DNA from: a virus
Virus record (IMG/VR): IMGVR_UViG_3300045988_174823
Length of the DNA: 64,000 nt
Strand: one strand, 5' to 3'
Shown here: one piece after another, positions 9,269-17,923 of the stretch
How the letters are laid out: each line of letters opens with the position of its first letter
Numbering within the stretch: position 1 is the stretch's first letter
Program-made: the position numbers and the translations under genes
The notes under the pieces: model-generated
Seen by the model: only the letters and a program-made list of their open reading frames with translations
Told to the model about the DNA's origin: nothing
Database searches by the model: none

Positions 9269-9759
9269 TTCCCAGTGCCACGTGGTGCGCCGCTGTACGA
9301 AGGTTTACCTGTAAGTTGAATTAACTGTATTTCCGTGTCACCTTCCTTGATGTTTTTCACTGAATACACGCTGCGAACTCTTCCGGCGTAACGGACCTTA
9401 TCGCCAATTTTCACTTTTTCGTAGTGCTTGACGTATTTCTCCACCTTTTGATTTTCATAAAAATCGTTACGTGCAACGCCGTCGTCGCCAATTACAAGTG
9501 CTTCGGTGCCATCGCCAACCGTGAGCGTGTGAATATACGTATCGTCTTGACGACATTCAGAGTTTCGGCGTTGACTGGGATCGGGAAACTTTGCGCGTCC
9601 CGTGTAAAGTGCGCCGACGCGGCCTAACTTTCGGTTCTTAGACGTGTTGGCGTATCGTCCTGTTCTCGAACGCGCCTTTTCAATGAACCCCGCCACCACC
9701 TGCTCACGCATTGTATTGTGGTGTTCGTGTATTGCTTTTGTGATCGCGTCTATTTCCAT
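9235..9759 (-). CDS. hypothetical protein sharing an N-terminal motif with ORF 10437-12224
   Basis: 174-aa ORF. GFIEKARSRTGRYANTSKNRKLGRVGALYTG parallels IEKARHGVYADNAQNRRLQRVGQEYG in the 595-aa protein. Confidence 0.5.
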   Translation of the reverse strand: MEIDAITKAIHEHHNTMREQVVAGFIEKARSRTGRYANTSKNRKLGRVGALYTGRAKFPDPSQRRNSECRQDDTYIHTLTVGDGTEALVIGDDGVARNDFYENQKVEKYVKHYEKVKIGDKVRYAGRVRSVYSVKNIKEGDTEIQLIQLTGKPSYSGAPRGTGKWIPRKDVEKL

Positions 9760-10265
9760 AATCTGACCCGTGAAATTTGACTGCGTTTGACAACCATGTG
9801 TAGGCCGTTGTTTAACTCGATTTCCGCACCTTCATCGCCGGACACCAGAACCTTCCCGAACCTGTAGTAGAAACCTGCCTCGGAGTTTCCAGTCTTTGCG
9901 ATAACGGTATTATTCTGGGATAGTTCGGCGAGGTCTTTAATCTTGATGGCGTCATCGTCAAACATCTTCTTCCAAAACCACTCAACATCGGGGCAAAGAC
10001 GGATCTCTTCGTCGGGCTGTAACGATACTGTGATCGATGTGCCGGAGGGGTGCATCTTCACTTCACACCTACCATCACTAATGCGTGATAGCGTGCCGAC
10101 GTTATACTTCATCTGCCCTCTTTCATCCCTCATACGAGTAACGACCCATACCGGGTATGGTGGTTCTTTCTCCAGCGCGCTATTGACGGCAATCACTGTG
10201 CCGATATTCCAAACCTGTTCAATCTTCCTTGGCGGTATGGCCCAAATTGCCTTTCTTTGTTTCAT
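9750..10265 (-). CDS. hypothetical protein
   Basis: 171-aa ORF with an ATG start, overlapping both neighbours. Confidence 0.5.
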   Translation of the reverse strand: MKQRKAIWAIPPRKIEQVWNIGTVIAVNSALEKEPPYPVWVVTRMRDERGQMKYNVGTLSRISDGRCEVKMHPSGTSITVSLQPDEEIRLCPDVEWFWKKMFDDDAIKIKDLAELSQNNTVIAKTGNSEAGFYYRFGKVLVSGDEGAEIELNNGLHMVVKRSQISRVRLWK

Positions 10266-10437
10266 CCTCGTTTAGTTCTTTAATCGCCGCAGCCGTAGCG
10301 TCGGCGATGTACTTCAAGACATCACCGAGCGCCGCGGCATTATTGGCGTTCCATTCCCGGATAAACCGATTTTCGTACTGAGTAACGGTGGGGAATGGCG
10401 ACGGAAGAAAGTGGGTATGTTTGGCGTTGTAGGGCAT
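10219..10437 (-). CDS. hypothetical protein
   Basis: 72-aa ORF. Its ATG overlaps the stop of the upstream gene. Confidence 0.4.
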   Translation of the reverse strand: MPYNAKHTHFLPSPFPTVTQYENRFIREWNANNAAALGDVLKYIADATAAAIKELNEDETKKGNLGHTAKED

Positions 10438-12224
10438 TACTCTTCGGTGTTACCGCCGTAAATCTCCAGGAACTTGTCAACGAATTCCTTGTTGGTGCGT
10501 TTCATTACCTCCAATTGCGCGTCAACCTTCTTGCGGTATTCTTCCGGGTCATACACCCCGCGAAGCGAATCGCGTGCAGCCTGACGCTCGTCAGCGATTT
10601 TCTTCAACTCGGGATGACTGAGGAGTTCTTGACCAACACCCTGATCACGCGACTGCGGATCGGTAAGCGAATTGAGACTCAAAGCAGCACGCTGGGCCTC
10701 CTTGTCGCCAGATGCGATCCTTGCCTTCAGAGCGCGGGCAATACCTTCAGGGTTCTTGGCGATCATCTTGGCGTACTCAGCCGGATCAGCTCCCCTGTCG
10801 GTTTTCTTGATGAATTTGTCCGCGGCAGCGTTGTCCTTCTCGGGCGAAGACTTTGCGGCTTTGTCGGTCTTGGCTTTTGCGCCCTTCTCGGCACTCTTCA
10901 CTTCAGCCTTCGCCTTCTCGCCTTGCTTAGTGGCGCTTTCCTCCTCGCCGCCAATCAGCGCGTCGAGTTCCTTCTGGCCGTCCTTCGATACCTTCACGCC
11001 AGCCATCTCGAACATATTGGCGATGGTGTCGGCAATTTCGTCGTCCGTAGCGTCGGACTGAGCGCCGCTGACATCAGCCGGGTTTGCTTTCATGGCTGCG
11101 GCCAGTTCCTTGATAGCTGCAGCGTCACCCTTCTGCTTTACGAAGGACTTGAAGCCTTTGGTGTCGAAGTCGGTATCGTTTTCGGCCATATCGTCGAAAC
11201 TCTGAACGAGGCTTTCAGCGCTGCTGACCTTACCATCGCCGTTGGAATCAGCACGCATCTTGTCGAGCGTGGCTTGGCCTTTCTTCGAAAGATCGATTCC
11301 GGCCTCTTCGAAGATATTGGCAATCTCGTCGGCGATTTCATCATCACCCAGATCACTCTGTCCAGCCTCACTGGGCGTCTTACGGATAGCGTCGGCCAGT
11401 TCCTTCACAGCCTTTCCACCCTTTTCCTTGACGAAAGATTTGAACGACTTGGCGTCAAAATCAGCGTTACCTTCAGCCATTTCGTTGAAACTGTCAATGA
11501 GCGATGCGGCATCAGCCTTTCCGCCCTTTGCTTTAGCGTCGGGGTCGCCGAATTTAGACGCAGCGCCCTCAACATCGCTGATTTCCTTCACCGTCGTAGA
11601 TTCAAAGTTGTCCACGTCGGCGTAAGGATATTTATCTACGCGGTAGCCGTCGCTGGTCTTGGTAACTACCAGATCGAAACCGTCTTCGTCGCCGCCTACT
11701 TGCTTGATAAAAGCATGAGAAGCGTCCTCTACCCCGGCGTATTGCTCCAGATCACGATCGTCCATTTGACGGAAGCCCATGCCCTCAAACGTCGAGGTAG
11801 ATTTGGCATCGCCGTCAGCCAGCCCATTGCGCAGCGACGTATCGCCTTTCTTATTCTTGGCGCGAACGTTTATGCCACGACGCTCCAACTCAGCCGTGGC
11901 TACCTTACGCATCTCAGCGTCGGCCGACGGGTCGTTGGCTACTTTCACGAGGGCCTCTTCTGAAGCCTGACGTGCATGGTTCTGGAGGCTGACGTTCCCC
12001 TCGGGTACACCCTCGCCGCCTTCTTGACCTGCCTCGGGCTTTTCCTGAGCGGCATGACCATATTCCTGTCCCACGCGCTGCAGACGACGGTTTTGAGCGT
12101 TATCAGCATAAACACCGTGACGCGCTTTTTCGATCGGCGTTTCCTCAACGCACTCTTCTATGTTGGTAAATCCTTTCAAAATCTGTTGACGACGCGCTTC
12201 GCCATAGTTGATAATTTCTTTCAT
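10437..12224 (-). CDS. acidic Ala/Lys/Glu-rich repeat protein with one canonical EF-hand loop (scaffold or internal virion protein candidate)
   Basis: 595-aa ORF with two ~95-aa tandem repeats (aa ~236-325 and 326-421). DSNGDGKVSSAE fits the DxNxDGxxxxxE Ca-binding loop. Preceded by a promoter-like repeat. Confidence 0.5.
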   Translation of the reverse strand: MKEIINYGEARRQQILKGFTNIEECVEETPIEKARHGVYADNAQNRRLQRVGQEYGHAAQEKPEAGQEGGEGVPEGNVSLQNHARQASEEALVKVANDPSADAEMRKVATAELERRGINVRAKNKKGDTSLRNGLADGDAKSTSTFEGMGFRQMDDRDLEQYAGVEDASHAFIKQVGGDEDGFDLVVTKTSDGYRVDKYPYADVDNFESTTVKEISDVEGAASKFGDPDAKAKGGKADAASLIDSFNEMAEGNADFDAKSFKSFVKEKGGKAVKELADAIRKTPSEAGQSDLGDDEIADEIANIFEEAGIDLSKKGQATLDKMRADSNGDGKVSSAESLVQSFDDMAENDTDFDTKGFKSFVKQKGDAAAIKELAAAMKANPADVSGAQSDATDDEIADTIANMFEMAGVKVSKDGQKELDALIGGEEESATKQGEKAKAEVKSAEKGAKAKTDKAAKSSPEKDNAAADKFIKKTDRGADPAEYAKMIAKNPEGIARALKARIASGDKEAQRAALSLNSLTDPQSRDQGVGQELLSHPELKKIADERQAARDSLRGVYDPEEYRKKVDAQLEVMKRTNKEFVDKFLEIYGGNTEE

Positions 12225-12248
12225 GACTTTATAGGTTCATAAGTTTCA

Positions 12249-12293
12249 TTTCCAATACAAAGGTAGTTAAATTTCTCCAAACTGCCAAGAGCG
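12249..12293 (-). promoter_or_regulatory. promoter-like repeat, copy P1 (divergent)
   Basis: Plus strand reads TTTCCAATACAAAGGTAGTTAAATTTCTCCAAACTGCCAAGAGCG. The sense strand has TACCTTTG (12265-12258), which matches TAnnTTTG, 34 nt upstream of the ATG at 12224. Confidence 0.45.
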
Positions 12294-12296
12294 TTG

Positions 12297-12854
12297 TTAA
12301 AATTTTATGCCAAAATCTAACGTGTAGCCCCATTGGTCATCAATTCTTATAGCTGACGCACCAACCAAAAACCGTTGGCGGAAGTCGGCCCCAGCGGAAA
12401 ACTTTTGCGTACCAAAATCCAAAGAAGTACCTATCTGGGCATAACCCTGTATGAAGGGGATCTGTTTATCAATAATCGTGCGTTCTACCTCATGAACGCG
12501 AATAAGCGGCTTGACGTGTGACACAACCTCTGTAATGGCGTTGCGCTGGACAGTGGCGTCAACGCGGAACTCGCCGATACTGTCGTTAGAAAAATCAAGG
12601 CGGTATTCCTTGCGTGCCAGATAGTCGGCCAGCAAAGCTGCGGTATCTATTTCGCCCGGTAAGTATATCGTAGTATCGCGGACGATGATCTGCGGAACAG
12701 GAATCTTAACCGTATCGCGATATTCGACCGTGTCATACTTTGTCAGCCACTTTTCAACGACTTTAGGGGGTTCAGGGGTATAACTACTCCGCCCCAGAAA
12801 GAACGCGAAAATTAAGGCCGCTACAACGATAATTATAGATGCCGCCGTCTTCAT
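12297..12854 (-). CDS. signal-anchored beta-rich protein ending in an OMP-like beta-signal (outer-membrane or spanin-like candidate)
   Basis: N-terminal TM segment IIIVVAALIFAFFL. C-terminus YTLDFGIKF has alternating hydrophobic residues and a terminal Phe. ATGA overlap with the upstream gene. Confidence 0.4.
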   Translation of the reverse strand: MKTAASIIIVVAALIFAFFLGRSSYTPEPPKVVEKWLTKYDTVEYRDTVKIPVPQIIVRDTTIYLPGEIDTAALLADYLARKEYRLDFSNDSIGEFRVDATVQRNAITEVVSHVKPLIRVHEVERTIIDKQIPFIQGYAQIGTSLDFGTQKFSAGADFRQRFLVGASAIRIDDQWGYTLDFGIKF

Positions 12855-13351
12855 GACCTTTTGCCACTTTTAATCATTTCTTCATAAGCCATTATTGATG
12901 CCTCCAGTTCGTTGATTCGCTCTTTGTAAACCTCAGCTGCCTGGCTGGCTTCACGCTCCTGAGCGCGGAACTCTTCCATTAGGCGGTTATATTTATCGCG
13001 GTCTGCCTGGCGTTGCGCCTCGTATTCCTCGCGAATCTTGTTGAGCTCATTACGAAAGTTCGTCGTCATTTCGTTAGATAACTTACGTTCGTTTTGAACT
13101 TCCTGATACAGGTTATCATAGCGCTCCTTCCACCACGATTCTTTCTTATCAAGTTCCGCCATCAGGGTATCATAGCGCCCTTTCCAGAATTCCTCCCCTT
13201 TCAGGTCAGCGTCAGCCTGGCTATAACGTACCTCTTGAGCATATTTCTTACGATCCAACATACGCGCCACAATGGCGTAGCCAATACCGCCCGCCCCGAA
13301 TAGAAGCGAAATTACAGGGAAGATGGTGGTCATGAAATTTCCGTCAGCCAT
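12851..13351 (-). CDS. N-terminal TM plus long coiled-coil protein (i-spanin/holin-like candidate)
   Basis: TM segment IFPVISLLFGAGGIGYAIVA followed by ~120 aa of heptad-like charged sequence. Overlaps both neighbours. Confidence 0.4.
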   Translation of the reverse strand: MADGNFMTTIFPVISLLFGAGGIGYAIVARMLDRKKYAQEVRYSQADADLKGEEFWKGRYDTLMAELDKKESWWKERYDNLYQEVQNERKLSNEMTTNFRNELNKIREEYEAQRQADRDKYNRLMEEFRAQEREASQAAEVYKERINELEASIMAYEEMIKSGKRS

Positions 13352-13913
13352 TGCGTTTCATTCTTTCGTTAATACGTATGCGCGCGGCCTTGGCAGCCAA
13401 GGAATACGCATGGGAATCGTAATTAGAGCGAAGACACCTCAAGATTTCGTCGGCAAACACTTTTATAATATCCGGTTGAGCGCTTTTGTAAGCGTCCATG
13501 TCTCCTTCGTTTGTAAGTGTAGCGGGATAAATGATGAGTTTCACCTCAGCACTTACATGATTGAAGAAACGATACCATTGAGAGTCGTATGAATCAACAA
13601 ATGAGAACGACCGCCAACGTATTTGAGGTGTTAAAAGGTCATAGTGATTTGACAAGTTGTAGGCGAAGTCGCGTGTCAATATCGGACAAGCCCGGTTTAG
13701 TGTTAGACTGCAACCGTCCTTACGATCGGCGAAGAAGTCAATCGCCAAGGCTATGCCGTATGTGCGGTGCGGCCGAAAATAATTCCAAACATCATAAGCG
13801 TTACCAACGACAACTTCGATATGTCGCCGTCGCAGTTCCTCAGCCAGTGCCTGAACGAAACGGCGTGCTTCAGCGTTGAAACGCTTCGATGTTAAATAGA
13901 CCACCTTACGCAT
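13344..13913 (-). CDS. Amidase_3-like (N-acetylmuramoyl-L-alanine amidase fold) protein, possible endolysin
   Basis: C-terminal AEVKLIIYPATLTNEGDMDAYKSAQPDIIKVFADEILRCL resembles the Amidase_3 C-terminal region. The N-terminal catalytic motif is not obvious. The ATG at 13913 is preferred (1 nt after the upstream stop) over the track start at 14051. Confidence 0.3.
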   Translation of the reverse strand: MRKVVYLTSKRFNAEARRFVQALAEELRRRHIEVVVGNAYDVWNYFRPHRTYGIALAIDFFADRKDGCSLTLNRACPILTRDFAYNLSNHYDLLTPQIRWRSFSFVDSYDSQWYRFFNHVSAEVKLIIYPATLTNEGDMDAYKSAQPDIIKVFADEILRCLRSNYDSHAYSLAAKAARIRINERMKRNG

Positions 13914-13914
13914 G

Positions 13915-15540
13915 TTATATGATGTATGTAACTTCAGAAATGAAGCATTCGAAGTTGAGCGTTTCTTCCGATACATATTCGCTTGCCCACGCCACAAGAT
14001 GGTAATACCCCTTAGACATCTGATAGTCCCTCGTTCCAGTACCATCAACAATCTTAAGATTTTGGGTAGTACTCGGATTGGAATGTATGATTACTTCAAT
14101 CGCTCCGCCAACGCTCTCACGCGTGTACATTTTCAAAGCCGAAGGGGAATTAAGCATACCAAGCCGCAAAGTCCAATTTTGCGAACCAACGGCCGCATCA
14201 ATATTGAAGAAATAGCGTCCCCCCAACTCCAGGTTGTAATTATTTCCACCAGCGAGAATCGTAAATCCTGTGGCGCCACCAACAATTCCATTAGCCAGAT
14301 GTCGTTTCAATATACTACGATCGTATATAGAATCCGTAGCGACTAATTGCCGCAACTTACTACCTTCGTCGTCACCTGTAAGGATATTGGTCAATACACT
14401 CCAAATTGTTTCCAGACCTGTATAAACGCTGCCTGCGGTGTTGAAAGCGGTATTGTAAGGAATTCGCGGAAAATCGGTTGACTTACCACCTACCTTGATA
14501 TTGTTAGAATCGCCGTATTCGGAAAAGTCTATGTCCAAAATAGCGCGGTGAAGTAACGCTATGGCCTGTTCAACAGGATCGCCTGCTGCAGGCATAGGAC
14601 TTTCAGCAGCGGCAGCGGCATATCCTGACGACAGGCTCATTCCAGTAGCCAGTTTCAAACGGTTATACCAACCCTGAATTTTATTCAGGGCTGCCATTAG
14701 GTCGTCTTCCGTGGTAAGATCTTGTGGATTGGCGATAGTGGCCGTAACGGGTGCGACATTGGTCAGCTTGGCCGAAAATATTATCGTTTGAGAACCATTC
14801 TGCCAATCGGTGACGATTTTCTCAACCTGTTCGAATATCTTATTCATCGCGGCGTAATCGACCACGTACTGCTTGTATCCGACCACTTGGGTATCGTTAG
14901 CTTGCTCAGAAACGATAACGCCGCTCATCGCCGCACTGAAGTCAAAGAACAGACCATTTACGAACCCTAACGAATTCTTGGATGACGTCGAGAGCAACGA
15001 CTTCACACTACGTTTAACCAGCATGGGGTTATCACTAACAACCCGCATGCCATACAACACGTCGGTCAACGCCGGGTTGTCTGTTAACTGCTGAAAATCG
15101 AAATTGAGCTGTGACGTCCTTTGGTCGAAAGTCGCCACAACGTTGTCGAAGAAATAGTTTGTCGAAGCAACGTATTGCGTGGTTGTGCCTTGGCCTGCAA
15201 GATCTTCGACGATGATGTTGTTCTGTTTATCAACGTATTGAATACGTGTTTGACCTACCACCCACACCATAGTATTCCATGACGGATCGGAATCGCGTTT
15301 CAAGACGTTGTAGAACGCCGCGATAGGTAAACCGCCGGGAAGATTAGCTTTGTTGATAAGGTCGTTAAAATCGTTTATCTGAGACACGATTGCCTGCGAC
15401 ATCGGAACCCACTGCCCGAGCGAGGCATCGTAACTTTTGTGGAGTTTGTCGGTAGTGTCGTACCAAATAATCGCCGAATTCGACGGCGGCGTCGTGCCAA
15501 TAGAAATACCTGATACAGTTCCGACGTCAATAGTTGCCAT
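13915..15540 (-). CDS. structural protein (tail fibre/receptor-binding candidate)
   Basis: 541-aa ORF. N-terminus MATIDVGTVSGISIGTTPPSNSAIIWYDTTDKLHKSYDASLGQWVP is fibre-like. Sits between the portal and the lysis-like genes. Confidence 0.3.
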   Translation of the reverse strand: MATIDVGTVSGISIGTTPPSNSAIIWYDTTDKLHKSYDASLGQWVPMSQAIVSQINDFNDLINKANLPGGLPIAAFYNVLKRDSDPSWNTMVWVVGQTRIQYVDKQNNIIVEDLAGQGTTTQYVASTNYFFDNVVATFDQRTSQLNFDFQQLTDNPALTDVLYGMRVVSDNPMLVKRSVKSLLSTSSKNSLGFVNGLFFDFSAAMSGVIVSEQANDTQVVGYKQYVVDYAAMNKIFEQVEKIVTDWQNGSQTIIFSAKLTNVAPVTATIANPQDLTTEDDLMAALNKIQGWYNRLKLATGMSLSSGYAAAAAESPMPAAGDPVEQAIALLHRAILDIDFSEYGDSNNIKVGGKSTDFPRIPYNTAFNTAGSVYTGLETIWSVLTNILTGDDEGSKLRQLVATDSIYDRSILKRHLANGIVGGATGFTILAGGNNYNLELGGRYFFNIDAAVGSQNWTLRLGMLNSPSALKMYTRESVGGAIEVIIHSNPSTTQNLKIVDGTGTRDYQMSKGYYHLVAWASEYVSEETLNFECFISEVTYII

Positions 15541-15551
15541 TTTGAACTTTG

Positions 15552-15836
15552 TTAGCGTGAATATACGTAGGTCTTACGGTCAGCCCACACGAAATTATAA
15601 CTCATATCCCCCTGAGGATACTCGGTAATGGTAATACCATCAGCAGTGGTTTCCCGCTCGATGCGCCATCCTGCCTGCTGTTGACCTGTGCCAATAGGCG
15701 CATAACCGCGGTAGATAACGTCGCCCCCTGAGGCGTCAACAATCGGTTTCGGCATAGCATCGCTCAGCAATTGGACAATGGGCGCGGTGTTTTTCTCGTT
15801 ACTCGTCATGGTGTATTGCTTTTTGTAAGTATTCAT
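15552..15836 (-). CDS. hypothetical protein
   Basis: 94-aa ORF immediately after the portal gene. Start uncertain (alternative ATG at 15809). Confidence 0.45.
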   Translation of the reverse strand: MNTYKKQYTMTSNEKNTAPIVQLLSDAMPKPIVDASGGDVIYRGYAPIGTGQQQAGWRIERETTADGITITEYPQGDMSYNFVWADRKTYVYSR

Positions 15837-17574
15837 CGAATGCAGCTACGAGAGGATTGGACTCGCGTGCCTTCATAGTTTCTTCTTGATCACCCTCAGC
15901 GTAAAGGTCAAACGGATTTCCTGGCTGAGCGGTATCGTCTTCTTCCTCTTCGTCGCCAGCCACGGGTTGATCAGCAGGGCCTCCAGCTTCCATCCCCATA
16001 CCAGCAGCCTCTTCAAACGGATTGCCTCCGCCCATACCGCCCATTGCGGCCTGTTGCTGTTGTTGCTGCTTGGCGCTGATGGCTTGCTGTATAACAGAGT
16101 TTTCGATAGTATCGCCACCCTTTTCTTCGCCGATAGCCGGGAGGTCCCACTTCTCGCGAATTTCGTCCACGGTCTGGAAAGCCTGGAGACGTTTGATGTC
16201 CATATCCAGTTCCTCAGAGATGGTCATTCCGTTGAGGCCCATGAATACGAACTCGAAGTCGGGGTTGATTTGCTCGACGATGAACTTGTTAACCTTACGT
16301 TGGATGAATTTCAGCATCGGGTAAAGACCCTTGTCCTTCGACTGCTCCATGCGCTGCTTTTGGCCGTCGCCGAACGTTAGGCCACTGCCATTGGAACGCG
16401 AAATATCCCAGCCAATTTCCGTAGGGTCAATGCAGAATACTGCACAGGCGATTTTGATCAGATATTCCATCCACGAGTTATACTCCATATCGCGGTTGTT
16501 CTTCTGAAGGTCAACCCAGTCGATATCTCCCTCAACGACAGGCGTCTTCCATGACTGCATAACACCCGATATCATGGCCTGCCATTGCTGCTTGAACTGC
16601 TGAAGCGAGGCTTCGTTCACGTTACCTTTGATACGCAGAAGACCTTTCGGAGCCGAACCCTGTGAGAAGAAGCGGCGGTTGTACTCGTCGCCCCAAAGCA
16701 TCGATGTCACAACGTTGATTAACTCTTCCAACTCAGAGTTTCCGTAACCGTTAGCGTAAATCGACGTGGTCGGATTGCGAATTCCAAAGCACAACTCCCA
16801 TGGGTAGAACTGCGCTACCTTGGCCGTCTGGTACACCTGGACGTAGGCCGGATAATAGCCATCAACCTTAGGTCCCCAGTTCTGGCGATCGTCCATCATC
16901 GCTCCTTCAAAGTAGGGGTTGTTGTACTCGCCATCGAAATACGATTCCGCCAGGCGGAATGTAGCGGCATCAACGGCCTGGAAGCGGACCAGTTTGCCGC
17001 GGCGGTTGCGAATGCACTCAAACGTCATCTGATCGAACGTTAGCGAGTCGTCCACAATCTTACGTATAAATTCGTCAAACTCGTCGCCGTCCCACATAGC
17101 GGTATCGCCACAGTTGAGGATGAAGTCGGTGATGGAAGACGCAATTTTGCGGTCCTGCGTGTCCATCTTCTGCTCTTGGCCGAACTTAGGCTTGCGTCGA
17201 ATAACAAATCCCGTTGAATAGCGGTCGGCCTGCGGTTCGGCGAAGTCAGCTATCTGGTTTTTACGGGTCTTGATAATCGAATTAATAATGGGGGTGCGAC
17301 TCATCCGGCGTAACGTTTCGTACGAAAGCGAAAACGGCTTATCCTTATATCCTAAAAACGAGTTGAACTCCAAAGGATCGATCAGATATGCCTTCGGGGC
17401 AACGTTAGCAGGCTTGTGTTGCTGGTTTAATATTTCAGCAGCTTTGAGTATATCAGACGGGCTCTCGCTGCGCATCGCACGCTCTAACAACAGCGATTTG
17501 CGTATCGTCAAAGCCTGCATGGCGCGTTCCACCGATTCCAATCTTTCTTTCACACCGGACATAATTGTTTTCAC
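15799..17574 (-). CDS. portal protein
   Basis: 591-aa ORF. GYGNSELEELINVVTSMLWGDEYNRRFFSQGSAPKGLLRIKG and its surroundings are portal-like. Poly-Q plus an acidic C-terminal tail. The track start is GTG; an ATG alternative lies at 17562. Confidence 0.75.
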   Translation of the reverse strand: MKTIMSGVKERLESVERAMQALTIRKSLLLERAMRSESPSDILKAAEILNQQHKPANVAPKAYLIDPLEFNSFLGYKDKPFSLSYETLRRMSRTPIINSIIKTRKNQIADFAEPQADRYSTGFVIRRKPKFGQEQKMDTQDRKIASSITDFILNCGDTAMWDGDEFDEFIRKIVDDSLTFDQMTFECIRNRRGKLVRFQAVDAATFRLAESYFDGEYNNPYFEGAMMDDRQNWGPKVDGYYPAYVQVYQTAKVAQFYPWELCFGIRNPTTSIYANGYGNSELEELINVVTSMLWGDEYNRRFFSQGSAPKGLLRIKGNVNEASLQQFKQQWQAMISGVMQSWKTPVVEGDIDWVDLQKNNRDMEYNSWMEYLIKIACAVFCIDPTEIGWDISRSNGSGLTFGDGQKQRMEQSKDKGLYPMLKFIQRKVNKFIVEQINPDFEFVFMGLNGMTISEELDMDIKRLQAFQTVDEIREKWDLPAIGEEKGGDTIENSVIQQAISAKQQQQQQAAMGGMGGGNPFEEAAGMGMEAGGPADQPVAGDEEEEDDTAQPGNPFDLYAEGDQEETMKARESNPLVAAFDEYLQKAIHHDE

Positions 17575-17599
17575 GAGATTTGTTTACCTATAATTGGTA

Positions 17600-17923
17600 T
17601 CAACACAACAGTTTCAAAATGTCGTTCCGCGCTGTTTTACGAATTATCAATGCCTGATGAAGAAGGTCGCCCCATACCGCTATCTGGTAACCATTCCACG
17701 TGTAATAATCCGTTTGATCGTCGTACGAGCCATTCCATTCACCGTCGTGGCGTATGTCAGCGACGAGGCGTTTAAAACGCGCTGTTTCTTCGGTGGTAAG
17801 GGGTGATATGAAAGTGCCGACGACTACTAATCGTGCGGCACTTGTGGAAAGATCATCGGCCAAAATCTGAAAGTCGATGCCCATAAAATCGCCCGTTTCC
17901 AACGGCGTGTGAAAGGTTATCAT
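17600..17923 (-). CDS. hypothetical protein
   Basis: 107-aa ORF, 4-nt overlap with the upstream gene. Confidence 0.5.
   Translation of the reverse strand: MITFHTPLETGDFMGIDFQILADDLSTSAARLVVVGTFISPLTTEETARFKRLVADIRHDGEWNGSYDDQTDYYTWNGYQIAVWGDLLHQALIIRKTARNDILKLLC

Noticed and set aside
10395-11963. 522-aa plus-strand ORF (and 10672-11061, 11242-11625) antisense to the acidic repeat protein
   Set aside because: Low-complexity Leu/Ala/Ser/Gly-rich translation that mirrors the biased codon composition of the minus-strand gene. No start context or motif. The minus-strand ORF has repeats, an EF-hand and a promoter-like element.
15873-16118. Poly-Q / Gly-Met-rich / acidic stretch at the portal C-terminus, considered as a separate feature or frameshift artefact
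   Set aside because: It is in frame and continuous with the portal ORF. Low-complexity acidic C-terminal tails are common in portal proteins. The overlapping alternative-frame ORFs are shadows.
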